DNA of 16,117 bases from IMG/VR virus record IMGVR_UViG_2778261278_000003, positions 1-16,117 of that record; one strand, written 5' to 3'. Below the pieces are notes generated by a model. The model was not told where the DNA came from. It did no database searches and saw only the letters and a list, made by a program, of their open reading frames with translations. This DNA is from a virus (taxonomy: Duplodnaviria > Heunggongvirae > Uroviricota > Caudoviricetes). Positions 1 through 7,095 of the stretch are shown one piece after another. Position 1 is the stretch's first letter; the number at the start of each line of letters is the position of its first letter. Both the position numbers and the translations under genes were made by a program.

Positions 1-1194
1 GTGGCTCGGACAACACGCCCTCTGAGCAACACCGAAGTTCTACGTGCTAAAGCGCTAGATAAGGATCTAACACTGCATGATGGTGATGGGCTTTTTCTGA
101 TAGTGAAAACAAACGGTAAAAAACTCTGGCGCTTTCGCTATCAACGACCAACTACAAAAAAAAGAACAATGATAGGGATAGGTGCTTTCCCAGCTATCTC
201 ACTTGCTGATGCTAGAAGGTTAAGGGCGAATTATCTTGCTTTGTTAGCTAATGGCCTAGATCCACAAGTTCAAGCTGAACTTATCGAAGAACAACAACAG
301 ATAGCCATAGACAGTATTTTTTCGACTGTTGCATTCAATTGGTTCCAGCTAAAAAGCAAAAGCGTTACCCCTGATTACGCTAAGGATATATGGCGCTCTC
401 TGGAAAAGGACATATTCCCAGCTATCGGGGAGCTCCCTGTCCAGCAAATCAAAGCCCGGACTCTAGTCGAAGCCCTTGAGCCAATAAAAGCACGTGGGGC
501 TCTTGAAACTGTACGTCGCCTGATACAGCGGATTAACGAGATTATGATTTATGCCGTAAATACTGGTCTGCTCGATGCAAATCCTGCATCAGGCGTCGGG
601 ATGGCCTTTGAAAAACCCAAAAAACAAAATATGCGGACGCTGAGACCTGAAGAACTGCCGGAACTAATGCGTTCTTTAGCTATGTCAAACTTATCCGTTC
701 CCACTCGCTGTCTTATAGAATGGCAACTTCTGACCCTCGTGCGTCCATCAGAGGCATCTGGTGCTCGGTGGGCTGAGCTCGATCTGGATGCAAAGCTCTG
801 GGTGATTCCAAGCGAGCGGATGAAGGCTAAGCGAGAACATATTGTTCCTTTGTCTCCTCAAGCCTTAGACATTCTTATGGTGATGAAACCAATAAGTGGG
901 CATCGGACATATATTTTTCCGAGTCGAAACGATCCCCAAAAAGCAATGAATAGCCAAACAGCAAATGCGGCATTAAAACGTATTGGATATGGACAAAAAT
1001 TGGTTGCTCATGGTTTGCGTTCTATTGCAAGTACAGCGATGAATGAGGCAGGTTTTAATTCAGATGTTATTGAAACTGCACTTTCTCATGTTGACAAAGA
1101 CGAAGTTCGGCGTGCATATAATCGCGCTTTATATCTCGAGCAACGTAAAGAGCTTTTAAATTGGTGGGGATTATTTGTCATGAACTCTAAATAA
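1..1194 (+). CDS. int: P4-family tyrosine integrase; the ORF begins at the window edge, so the true start may lie a few codons upstream
   Basis: N-terminal arm-binding-type segment (LTLHDGDGLFLIVKTNGKKLWRFRY), catalytic boxes TLVRPSEASGARWAELD and HGLRSIASTAMNEAG, and the C-terminal signature LSHVDKDEVRRAYNRALYLEQRKELLNWW typical of P4-like integrases (Tyr nucleophile in AYNRA.Y). Confidence 0.9.
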   Translation: MARTTRPLSNTEVLRAKALDKDLTLHDGDGLFLIVKTNGKKLWRFRYQRPTTKKRTMIGIGAFPAISLADARRLRANYLALLANGLDPQVQAELIEEQQQIAIDSIFSTVAFNWFQLKSKSVTPDYAKDIWRSLEKDIFPAIGELPVQQIKARTLVEALEPIKARGALETVRRLIQRINEIMIYAVNTGLLDANPASGVGMAFEKPKKQNMRTLRPEELPELMRSLAMSNLSVPTRCLIEWQLLTLVRPSEASGARWAELDLDAKLWVIPSERMKAKREHIVPLSPQALDILMVMKPISGHRTYIFPSRNDPQKAMNSQTANAALKRIGYGQKLVAHGLRSIASTAMNEAGFNSDVIETALSHVDKDEVRRAYNRALYLEQRKELLNWWGLFVMNSK

Positions 1195-1219
1195 AAGCTT
1201 TTTAATCATCAAAAATTTT

Positions 1220-1243
1220 AAGGCTTTCATTCATGAAAGCCTT
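1220..1243 (-). terminator. Perfect 11-bp-arm palindrome (AAGGCTTTCAT/ATGAAAGCCTT) between convergent int and the cargo operon; candidate terminator for the cargo operon
   Basis: Palindrome read directly; on the minus strand it is followed by AAAATTTTT. The stop codon of the membrane-protein gene (1227-1229) lies inside the hairpin. No T-run follows it on the plus strand. Confidence 0.5.
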
Positions 1244-1919
1244 CTGTAACAATTATAGGTTCATCTAGCATATATTGTTTTGCAACATATAAAGGAAAAA
1301 AATCTGAGGTATAAAAATTAAAAATATCCCATTGGATATAACACCAAAAAAGAATAACCAAAAGCATCAATGTTATATTTGCCATGGATATATGAAAACT
1401 CCACAACAAACAAAACAAAAGAGAAAAAATAATCTCAGAGTTAATTATCTTAACTCGAAGATTAGCCTTTTTATCTGATATCTTTTTATCTATCTCCTTA
1501 ATAATAAAAAAATCATGGGCATCATTTCGTTTTAACCCCTCATATTTCTCATAAATCCTTAAAATATAGCCATCAAAATCACCAATAAAAACAAGGCGAT
1601 TGAAAACTGAAAAGTTTATTTTCTTATGACCATAATTTAAAACCAGAGAAATGATTAGGGCTTGTATTAATTGCAACACTGAAAGCCCTGACAGTACTCC
1701 CTGTTGAAAATCAAGCACATCCTTAAGGGAAGTTTGATTCATGATATTATATATATCAACATTACCTTTCTGATAAGTCAACATAAAGAAAATTACCATG
1801 AATAATATCAAAAAACGATGAAGAGGATACTTACAAGTAAGATCCTCAATATATTTCTCTTGGACTTTTTTTGCTAGTTCATCCATTAATACACCTGTAT
1901 AAAATATACATCTCCACAA
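1227..1919 (-). CDS. Cargo gene B: predicted inner-membrane protein with about four hydrophobic helices; likely true start is the ATG at 1884-1886 (about 219 aa)
   Basis: Hydrophobic helices FLILFMVIFFMLTY, VLSGLSVLQLIQALIISLVL, IIFSLLFCLLWSFHI and ITLMLLVILFWCYIQW. The ATG at 1884-1886 overlaps the upstream stop as TAATG and is preceded by AGGTG. Visibly AT-rich (about 30-37 percent GC in sampled lines versus about 60 percent in the P4 core). Confidence 0.7.
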   Translation of the reverse strand: MWRCIFYTGVLMDELAKKVQEKYIEDLTCKYPLHRFLILFMVIFFMLTYQKGNVDIYNIMNQTSLKDVLDFQQGVLSGLSVLQLIQALIISLVLNYGHKKINFSVFNRLVFIGDFDGYILRIYEKYEGLKRNDAHDFFIIKEIDKKISDKKANLRVKIINSEIIFSLLFCLLWSFHISMANITLMLLVILFWCYIQWDIFNFYTSDFFPLYVAKQYMLDEPIIVTEGFHE

Positions 1920-2785
1920 TTTGGATCAAAAGCTCCATATTCTATATATGGAGCACCTAAAAACACCATCTCTCTTTCATTCTGAAAATAAGGAAAAACC
2001 TCTTGAAAATCTTCTTTTGAGGCAAATCTCAGTGTACTTACCGAATTGTTAAAACTGTTTTTCATTTTAGCAGAAAGATATTGCAAATCCATCTCTGTAA
2101 CTTTCACTCGATAAATTACAGGGTCACCCAATTTCTTCCTAGTTATAACCCTATGAAAATCATTGGCTTTTGCTCTATTGAACCCAAAAACCTCTGTGCG
2201 ATCTGCTGTCAACGATATTTCTAGCGAGCTATCCCCTGAATGATGAGACCTAATAATTGCCAACATTTGATCTATCTCTCTCACAATTGCTCGGTCACCA
2301 TACCGTCGATTAACTGCTGCATCCGGATTTTCCAAAAGTTGCTGATAATCACGAGGTAAAATTTTCTGGCTAGCAATTTGTGCACGTCTAGTCTCTACAC
2401 TTTTACTAATAGTTTCAGCATTTTCAAGACCAGACTGCTGTGCTTCTTTAACTGCATTATTTAGTGCATTTGAAACCCTTTCGACTACTTTTTTTGTAAT
2501 ATCTTTCTTAGAGAAGAAGTCGATAATATATCCACCTTCTCTAGGGGGCTGTACCAACAGTTCAACATCTTTATAGTAGTCATGATGCATCTTTGCATAT
2601 TTCCAAAGATTACCATGTCTGATGTCAAGATAAGCCCGATCTAAGGCACTTTGCAAATGGCCTAGGCTTTTAGAAAGAGTTCTCAGGGATACTTGGTGAT
2701 CAGGTGCAATATCGCCATCAAAATGCAATTCAACAATCGCCACTTCACTTTGCTCCATGTGGAAAAATAAGTCGTTAATGTTCAT
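1886..2785 (-). CDS. Cargo gene A: 299-aa soluble protein of unknown function, first gene of the cargo operon
   Basis: Long clean ORF in an AT-rich block with no hydrophobic helices; its stop overlaps the start of gene B (TAATG). No catalytic motif recognised by eye. Confidence 0.75.
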   Translation of the reverse strand: MNINDLFFHMEQSEVAIVELHFDGDIAPDHQVSLRTLSKSLGHLQSALDRAYLDIRHGNLWKYAKMHHDYYKDVELLVQPPREGGYIIDFFSKKDITKKVVERVSNALNNAVKEAQQSGLENAETISKSVETRRAQIASQKILPRDYQQLLENPDAAVNRRYGDRAIVREIDQMLAIIRSHHSGDSSLEISLTADRTEVFGFNRAKANDFHRVITRKKLGDPVIYRVKVTEMDLQYLSAKMKNSFNNSVSTLRFASKEDFQEVFPYFQNEREMVFLGAPYIEYGAFDPNCGDVYFIQVY

Positions 2786-2891
2786 ATATTACGTTCATAT
2801 AAAGCACAGATCTACATCTTGAAAATGAATTTTAAAGCTGAATGAGATTTGTGATAATTCTAAAAGACATTTTTATGATACATCGCGCGCA

Positions 2892-2910
2892 GTGCTTTCC
2901 CCGCCTCGCC
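2892..2910 (-). other. cos site: P2/P4-type 19-nt cohesive-end sequence
   Basis: Plus strand reads GTGCTTTCCCCGCCTCGCC, the exact reverse complement of GGCGAGGCGGGGAAAGCAC, which I recall as the P2/P4 cohesive end. It lies between psu and the cargo, as cos does in P4. Confidence 0.8.
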
Positions 2911-3011
2911 CGCCCGCTTTGCGGGGCGGTTTTAATGCAGTTGCACTGACACGCTCAGACCGCGCCGGGAATGGCGCGGTTTGCAGAAAATGAGGCAGGG
3001 AAACGTATGCA

Positions 3012-3044
3012 AAGCCATGCACCTTATCGATGCATGGCTTTTTT
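3012..3044 (+). terminator. Strong intrinsic-terminator-like hairpin (10-bp stem AAGCCATGCA/TGCATGGCTT, 9-nt loop, T6 tail) in the cos-psu gap
   Basis: Read directly. The T-run is on the plus strand, although the flanking genes are on the minus strand; it may act bidirectionally or insulate the late operon from antisense transcription. Confidence 0.45.
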
Positions 3045-3074
3045 CAGTAAAAACGGGCGGATTTTCGGGGAATT

Positions 3075-3647
3075 TTACACTGACTGACGTGATGCCAGTT
3101 GCGCACTTTTACGCGAAAAAATCATGTTCTGCGCAGGGGTGAATTTTTCACGGCTGTCATCCACCGAAGCCACGTCAGGCCTGAATCCGATGGTCGTTAA
3201 AATGTCGCTATCCTGTGCGGAATAATTAATTTTTTCACCCTTCGCAAGCCAGGACAGAAGGGCTTCACGCAGGGCATCTGTGGCACGCTGAATGGCACAG
3301 TTTCGGGCAATGACCGTCAGCTCACTGTAGCCCATCAGCTCCGGTGCCAGTGCCGCCGCCAGTGCTGTGCCGTGCTGCTGCATAAAATCATTCAGCCGGT
3401 CGCGGATGCTGATGTGCTGAACGGCTTCATGCGAACGAATATAACGACCGGCGGCCTGATTCACCTGCCATTTTCTGACTTCGATAATATTGCGTAATTC
3501 GTCCAGGCGACTGACGTTTCTGCCTTCTCCTGACAGAAGCCGCAGGTATTCCTGTTCGGCCGCTGCCAGCTCATTTTTGCGTTGCAGCCATGCTGCTTTG
3601 TTATTCTGACAGGTGTCAAAGGCCTGCTGTAAGGCTGTGCTTTCCAT
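3075..3647 (-). CDS. psu: Psu, polarity suppression protein (Rho antagonist and capsid decoration protein of P4)
   Basis: 190 aa, starting MESTALQQAFDTCQNNKAAWLQ, which I recognise as P4 Psu; last gene of the sid-delta-psu operon next to cos. Confidence 0.88.
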   Translation of the reverse strand: MESTALQQAFDTCQNNKAAWLQRKNELAAAEQEYLRLLSGEGRNVSRLDELRNIIEVRKWQVNQAAGRYIRSHEAVQHISIRDRLNDFMQQHGTALAAALAPELMGYSELTVIARNCAIQRATDALREALLSWLAKGEKINYSAQDSDILTTIGFRPDVASVDDSREKFTPAQNMIFSRKSAQLASRQSV

Positions 3648-3720
3648 CGTTATCTCTTTCTCATCATGCTGAAGAATAAAAATACGGTGTGCGGCGACGG
3701 CCGGTGTTAACCGACAGCCC

Positions 3721-4221
3721 TCATTCCAGACGCAGCGAATATGATTGTGTTTTTAACCGTACTGGCGGCAGTTCCTGTTTTTCATGCAGGCTTTCTGCCA
3801 GTTCGTCCGGTGTGACCGGGCGGACAATGAAACGGTTGATGGTCTGAAGCGTTTTAAACACCAGACCACAGCCCGGATCCGTGCACACATAAAAACGCTC
3901 GGTGACTTCCTGAGACAGACGCCGCGATGTTCTTGACAGTGCAAGGCCTTTACATCTCCGACAACAATATCCGGTAACAAGCATTCTTTTCGGGCGTTTC
4001 ATACTGCCGGAGGCTGACGTCAGTGAATCGCGATATCTCTGTTTGCCTGAAATGTATTCCATTCCTGAATCTTTACAGTCAGAGAAAAAGCTTTCACTCG
4101 CTTCAAATGTCGCAGAGCAATAAATATTCCGGCACTGTGCAATCATTATCTTGGTGCCATCGTCCATGAAATGTGCGCGACGGGTGTGAGCAACATGTCC
4201 ACACGACGGGCAGTAAATCAT
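3721..4221 (-). CDS. delta: Delta, late transcription activator (Ogr-family zinc finger, tandem two-domain form)
   Basis: 166 aa; two Ogr-like Cys clusters (CPSCGH...C.......C and CCRRC...CTDPGC); start overlaps the sid stop (ATGA). Confidence 0.85.
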   Translation of the reverse strand: MIYCPSCGHVAHTRRAHFMDDGTKIMIAQCRNIYCSATFEASESFFSDCKDSGMEYISGKQRYRDSLTSASGSMKRPKRMLVTGYCCRRCKGLALSRTSRRLSQEVTERFYVCTDPGCGLVFKTLQTINRFIVRPVTPDELAESLHEKQELPPVRLKTQSYSLRLE

Positions 4222-4952
4222 GACAGCAGTCCTCTGGCCTTAAGCTCTGCTCCCTGCTGGTCTATTTTGTCCTGCCACACCTTGCGCTGTGCCGGTGTGC
4301 CTGCCACCTCATAATCCATGTGCGGGAGTGTTGCCGCTGACAGTCCGGTCAGCCGGAGAACCGGCTCACCGGTGAGGCTGATTTGCATCTGTTTTATTTT
4401 CTGTTCCAGCGATGATTTCACCTGCTGCATGACAGCTTTATCGGGTGCGACGTAGCCCTGATGGCCGGTGGTGTTGGCGAGCAGATTTTCCTGTACCAGG
4501 ATACTCAGATGCATTGCCCGGACAAGCGCCTCACAGGTTTCATTCAGGGCGTGTTCCAGCTCATGCTCTGCATACAGACTCAGAAGGTGATGATGTGCCT
4601 TCCGGTAGGCGGTGGCCGTGCTGTCACACGCCCCTTTCAGGCGTTCACGTTCGAAATTCAGCACCACGGCCAGATTGTCATATTCCTGTACCAGCTCCCG
4701 GCGTGCCACGCGCTCAATGTGGCGCTGTTTCAGCTCGTCGCTCAGGACACCACCGGCTGCACGAAAGGCCGTGCGCCAGTCGTCAGCGTCGTTTCCGTCG
4801 GCCTGCGCCAGCGCATTTTTTTCCTGCTCTGCCCGTTCAATGGCCGTGACGGTCTCATCCATCAGGCGGGCGTTCTCAAGGTGGGCGGCTCTGGCCTTTT
4901 CCAGTTGTGCCAGTGCGGGTTGCAGATATTCAGGGATGGTGTTGTCAGACAT
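4218..4952 (-). CDS. sid: Sid, capsid size-determination external scaffold
   Basis: Internal start MSDNTIPEYLQP at 4950-4952 gives 244 aa with SD GAGGAG 7 nt upstream; the ORF track's longer form begins at GTG 4970. Coiled-coil-like, Ala/Glu/Leu-rich sequence. Confidence 0.85.
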   Translation of the reverse strand: MSDNTIPEYLQPALAQLEKARAAHLENARLMDETVTAIERAEQEKNALAQADGNDADDWRTAFRAAGGVLSDELKQRHIERVARRELVQEYDNLAVVLNFERERLKGACDSTATAYRKAHHHLLSLYAEHELEHALNETCEALVRAMHLSILVQENLLANTTGHQGYVAPDKAVMQQVKSSLEQKIKQMQISLTGEPVLRLTGLSAATLPHMDYEVAGTPAQRKVWQDKIDQQGAELKARGLLS

Positions 4953-4986
4953 TTTCCGGCTCCTCGTCACTTCAGGTTAAGAAAAT

Positions 4987-5042
4987 TGTGACGTACACCG
5001 GACAACAACACGACGCATTGCAGATGTGCCAGCCCTGACACA
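4987..5042 (-). promoter_or_regulatory. P_sid-type late promoter with two TGT-N12-ACA activator boxes
   Basis: TGT-N12-ACA at 5025-5042 and at 4987-5004, centres 38 bp apart. Placing the distal box at -55 puts the start near 4979, 27 nt upstream of the sid ATG, and the proximal box near -17. Confidence 0.6.
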
Positions 5043-5121
5043 GGAAACTCATCCTCAGACCGGCAAGCCAGGAAAAGGTCGCAGGAAAAACCGGCTTACT
5101 GTTTGTTTTTTTATATTTTAC

Positions 5122-5225
5122 TGTTCACCTCTGTTCACCATAAGAAAAAAGATAAGTAATACAGTAAGTTAAAGGGTGAACAATCGCAGTAATGACTGTT
5201 CACCGTCTGTTCACCACTGTTCACC
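5122..5225. repeat. P4 ori-like iteron cluster: six copies of the TGTTCACC octamer (five direct, one inverted)
   Basis: TGTTCACC at 5122, 5132, 5197, 5208 and 5218; GGTGAACA at 5175. This octamer is the P4 type I iteron bound by alpha. Confidence 0.8.
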
Positions 5226-5384
5226 CGTTGATGGGCTTTTTGTGCTGTTTACTACTGTTTGTTTTTATTAATTCGCCGGGAATGAATAAGAAAAAACGAT
5301 TTGTATTTCACTATAAAAATTACGAATTGCTTTAAGTGGCTTTAAATGACTTTAAGTGGAGATGAACAAAAAACACACAAGCAT

Positions 5385-5402
5385 TGTAAGGCTGCCGGAA
5401 CA
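5385..5402 (+). promoter_or_regulatory. P_LL-type late promoter activator box (TGT-N12-ACA) upstream of vis
   Basis: TGTAAGGCTGCCGGAACA; a -55 placement predicts a start near 5448, about 57 nt before vis. Confidence 0.5.
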
Positions 5403-5504
5403 AATCCCCCCTGTTGCGTCTGCTGAAAATATTCACAAAATAAAGCGCTACCCGAAGCCGGACGGACTTATCCGGTGCTGTATGGACATTAACGAGGTAG
5501 CCCG

Positions 5505-5771
5505 ATGCAAGCTGTTTTTTCTTCCCCGTCTCCCGCCCCTGTGACACCACTGATGCCGCTGCCGGACATCACGCAGGAGCGTTTTTTACGTCTGCCGGAA
5601 GTGATGCACCTGTGCGGCCTGTCACGCTCGACCATCTATGAACTCATCCGTAAGGGGGAATTTCCGCCGCAGGTGAGTCTTGGCGGTAAAAATGTGGCCT
5701 GGCTGCACTCTGAAGTCACCGCATGGATGGCCGGGCGCATCGCCGGACGCAAACGGGGGTACGACGCATGA
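5505..5771 (+). CDS. vis: Vis-like AlpA-family helix-turn-helix regulator/excisionase
   Basis: 88 aa; AlpA-type HTH ([29 protein letters not shown]); GAGG 8 nt upstream of the ATG; first ORF after the P_LL box, as in P4. Confidence 0.7.
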   Translation: MQAVFSSPSPAPVTPLMPLPDITQERFLRLPEVMHLCGLSRSTIYELIRKGEFPPQVSLGGKNVAWLHSEVTAWMAGRIAGRKRGYDA

Positions 5772-5806
5772 TGATGCCCGCTCTGCAAAAACTCCCTTTT
5801 TCTGGC

Positions 5807-5836
5807 TTGCCTTTTTCCGGCATTTGCGGATATAGT
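5807..5836 (+). promoter_or_regulatory. Candidate sigma-70 early promoter (P_LE-like): -35 TTGCCT, 18-bp spacer, -10 TATAGT
   Basis: Hexamers read directly; predicted start near 5844, about 396 bp downstream of the predicted P_LL start, matching the roughly 400 bp P_LL-P_LE spacing I recall for P4. Confidence 0.4.
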
Positions 5837-5899
5837 TTTTCCGCTGTCGCAAAATCGGCAGCCGGGCGTGGAAACCCGTGTAACTCGAAGGCGACATAT

Positions 5900-5921
5900 G
5901 ACGCGCCATGCGTCTTTTTTT
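5900..5921 (+). terminator. Short hairpin (GACGC/GCGTC) followed by a T7 run; candidate early attenuator about 60-80 nt after the predicted P_LE start
   Basis: Read directly; the stem is only 5 bp, so this is weak on its own. Confidence 0.3.
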
Positions 5922-6028
5922 GTGTCGCAATCAACGCCACAGAGCGCCAGATTATGGTGTGGTGTGTGGTCAGTCGTGCAGATGGCATTCCGTGCATCCT
6001 GCCCGCGTCCGCTCATTATGCCGCAGAG

Positions 6029-6117
6029 TCAATGGTAGCTCAGGCGGGGCAGCCTCCGGGCTGGCCGGTATTCTTCGAGGCCGGTATTTCCACCCCCGTC
6101 TGGGCTATCGCCATTGA
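6029..6117 (+). ncRNA. Candidate structured immunity RNA: long interrupted helix closing a 44-nt loop
   Basis: 6029-6049 pairs with 6094-6117 (TCAATGG:CCATTGA, TAGC:GCTA, CAGGCGGGG:CCCCGTCTG with one G-U and a 3-nt bulge). The segment falls in the non-coding leader between vis and the early ORFs, where P4 encodes its CI RNA. Confidence 0.3.
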
Positions 6118-6169
6118 GCGTGGAAACTCCGGCGATAGCAGTTATTTGCTACTCGAAGGAGGCTGCCTT

Positions 6170-6367
6170 ATGGCTACAACCCTTACCCCCTCACACCCTG
6201 AATTTGTCTTTGTGTTTGCGGCTGTCCGTCGCGCAGACCGTCATCCCCGTATCTGCATGCTTCGCACCGTCGCCGGTGATGAACGCAGCGCCCGCCGTTC
6301 CCTTGTCCGTGACTATGTGCTCTCCCTTGCTGCCCGTCTGCCGGTGGTGGAGGTGTCCCGTGCGTAA
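6170..6367 (+). CDS. Small early ORF (65 aa), translationally coupled to the downstream epsilon-like gene
   Basis: ATG at 6170 preceded by AGGAGG with a 7-nt spacer; its stop (6365-6367) overlaps the downstream GTG start. No family recognised. Confidence 0.4.
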   Translation: MATTLTPSHPEFVFVFAAVRRADRHPRICMLRTVAGDERSARRSLVRDYVLSLAARLPVVEVSRA

Positions 6368-6647
6368 TAAAAAAGCCCCTCAGACCGTCTCAGCGCGTCA
6401 TGACGCCCGTGAACACCTCAGCATTGAGGCTTACCATAAGCTCAACCGCGCCAGCGCCGTATCCCAGTTTGTTGGGGGTGATTTGATTCACCGTGAACTC
6501 TCCGGCCTGCATCAGCTCTACATTCCGCATATTTTCAGCTACCTGAATGAAGATATTGATTTTGTGCTGAATGAGCTGAAAGCCAAAGGCCTGTGCCGCG
6601 ATTTTCTCGCCCAGCAGAAAGACCGGGGAGACAGGACGCATGTTTGA
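6360..6647 (+). CDS. Epsilon-like small protein (95 aa), assigned by position and size only
   Basis: GTG start at 6360 preceded by GGAGG with a 6-nt spacer; its stop overlaps the start of the 151-aa ORF. The ORF track's longer form (6114-6647) has a low-complexity, non-coding-looking N-terminus. Confidence 0.5.
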   Translation: MRNKKAPQTVSARHDAREHLSIEAYHKLNRASAVSQFVGGDLIHRELSGLHQLYIPHIFSYLNEDIDFVLNELKAKGLCRDFLAQQKDRGDRTHV

Positions 6648-7095
6648 TTTTCCCCAGCCCGGTGAGATTTACCGTTCTGCCGGTTTTCCCGATGTGGCCG
6701 TGGTCGGCATTCTGGAAGACGGTATTCCGTGGGAAATGCCGTACCGCTGCCCGGACATTGTCTGGAACCCGTACCGCCGTAAATTCAGTATCCTTGTGCG
6801 TATCCTCGCTGACGGGCGCACCACAGACATCCCGCTGGGGCGTTTTCTGCGGGAATTTACCTGTGACCGTCCTGACCTGTTTAAACGCAGCCCCGTAAAC
6901 CGGCATGCGGTACTGAAAGAAATGGCCGGAGACCCGGAATTACAGAAATGGCGGGAGAAATATCTGGATATTTACCCGCAGGCCCCTGTTCCGGTCAGCC
7001 GGGCGACACCGGTGGCGCGGGAATGGCGGGAAATCCCCCGCACGGAGCCTGACCCGGAAATCACACCGGATAACAGTTACCGCAATTATCTGTAA
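6640..7095 (+). CDS. orf151-like protein (151 aa), unknown function
   Basis: Same length as the P4 orf151 I recall; start overlaps the stop of the upstream gene. Confidence 0.7.
   Translation: MFDFPQPGEIYRSAGFPDVAVVGILEDGIPWEMPYRCPDIVWNPYRRKFSILVRILADGRTTDIPLGRFLREFTCDRPDLFKRSPVNRHAVLKEMAGDPELQKWREKYLDIYPQAPVPVSRATPVAREWREIPRTEPDPEITPDNSYRNYL

Noticed and set aside
3753..3980. 75-aa minus-strand ORF inside delta in another frame
   Set aside because: Fully nested in the delta gene, which has a clear tandem Ogr zinc-finger signature; an alternative-frame artefact.
4445..4991. Three plus-strand ORFs (134, 176 and 122 aa) overlapping sid
   Set aside because: Antisense to a well-supported gene in GC-rich DNA; Arg/Pro/Ser-rich low-complexity translations with no start signals.
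6031..6050. tRNA-like D-arm resemblance (GGTAGCTCAGG...AGC), possibly a tRNA gene or att target
   Set aside because: No full cloverleaf, anticodon arm or T-arm consensus could be built by eye; kept only as part of the structured leader RNA candidate.
5332..6117. Overlapping ORFs on both strands across the vis and early-leader region (5332-5550, 5356-5544, 5622-6016, 5723-6367 upstream part, 5908-6117)
   Set aside because: They span predicted promoters, iterons and the structured leader and have low-complexity translations; only the 3' portions with good RBS (6170-6367, 6360-6647) were kept.
6390..6906. Minus-strand ORFs (83 and 123 aa) and a plus-strand 101-aa ORF overlapping the epsilon-like and 151-aa genes
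   Set aside because: Antisense or alternative-frame to the coupled early gene chain; no independent support.
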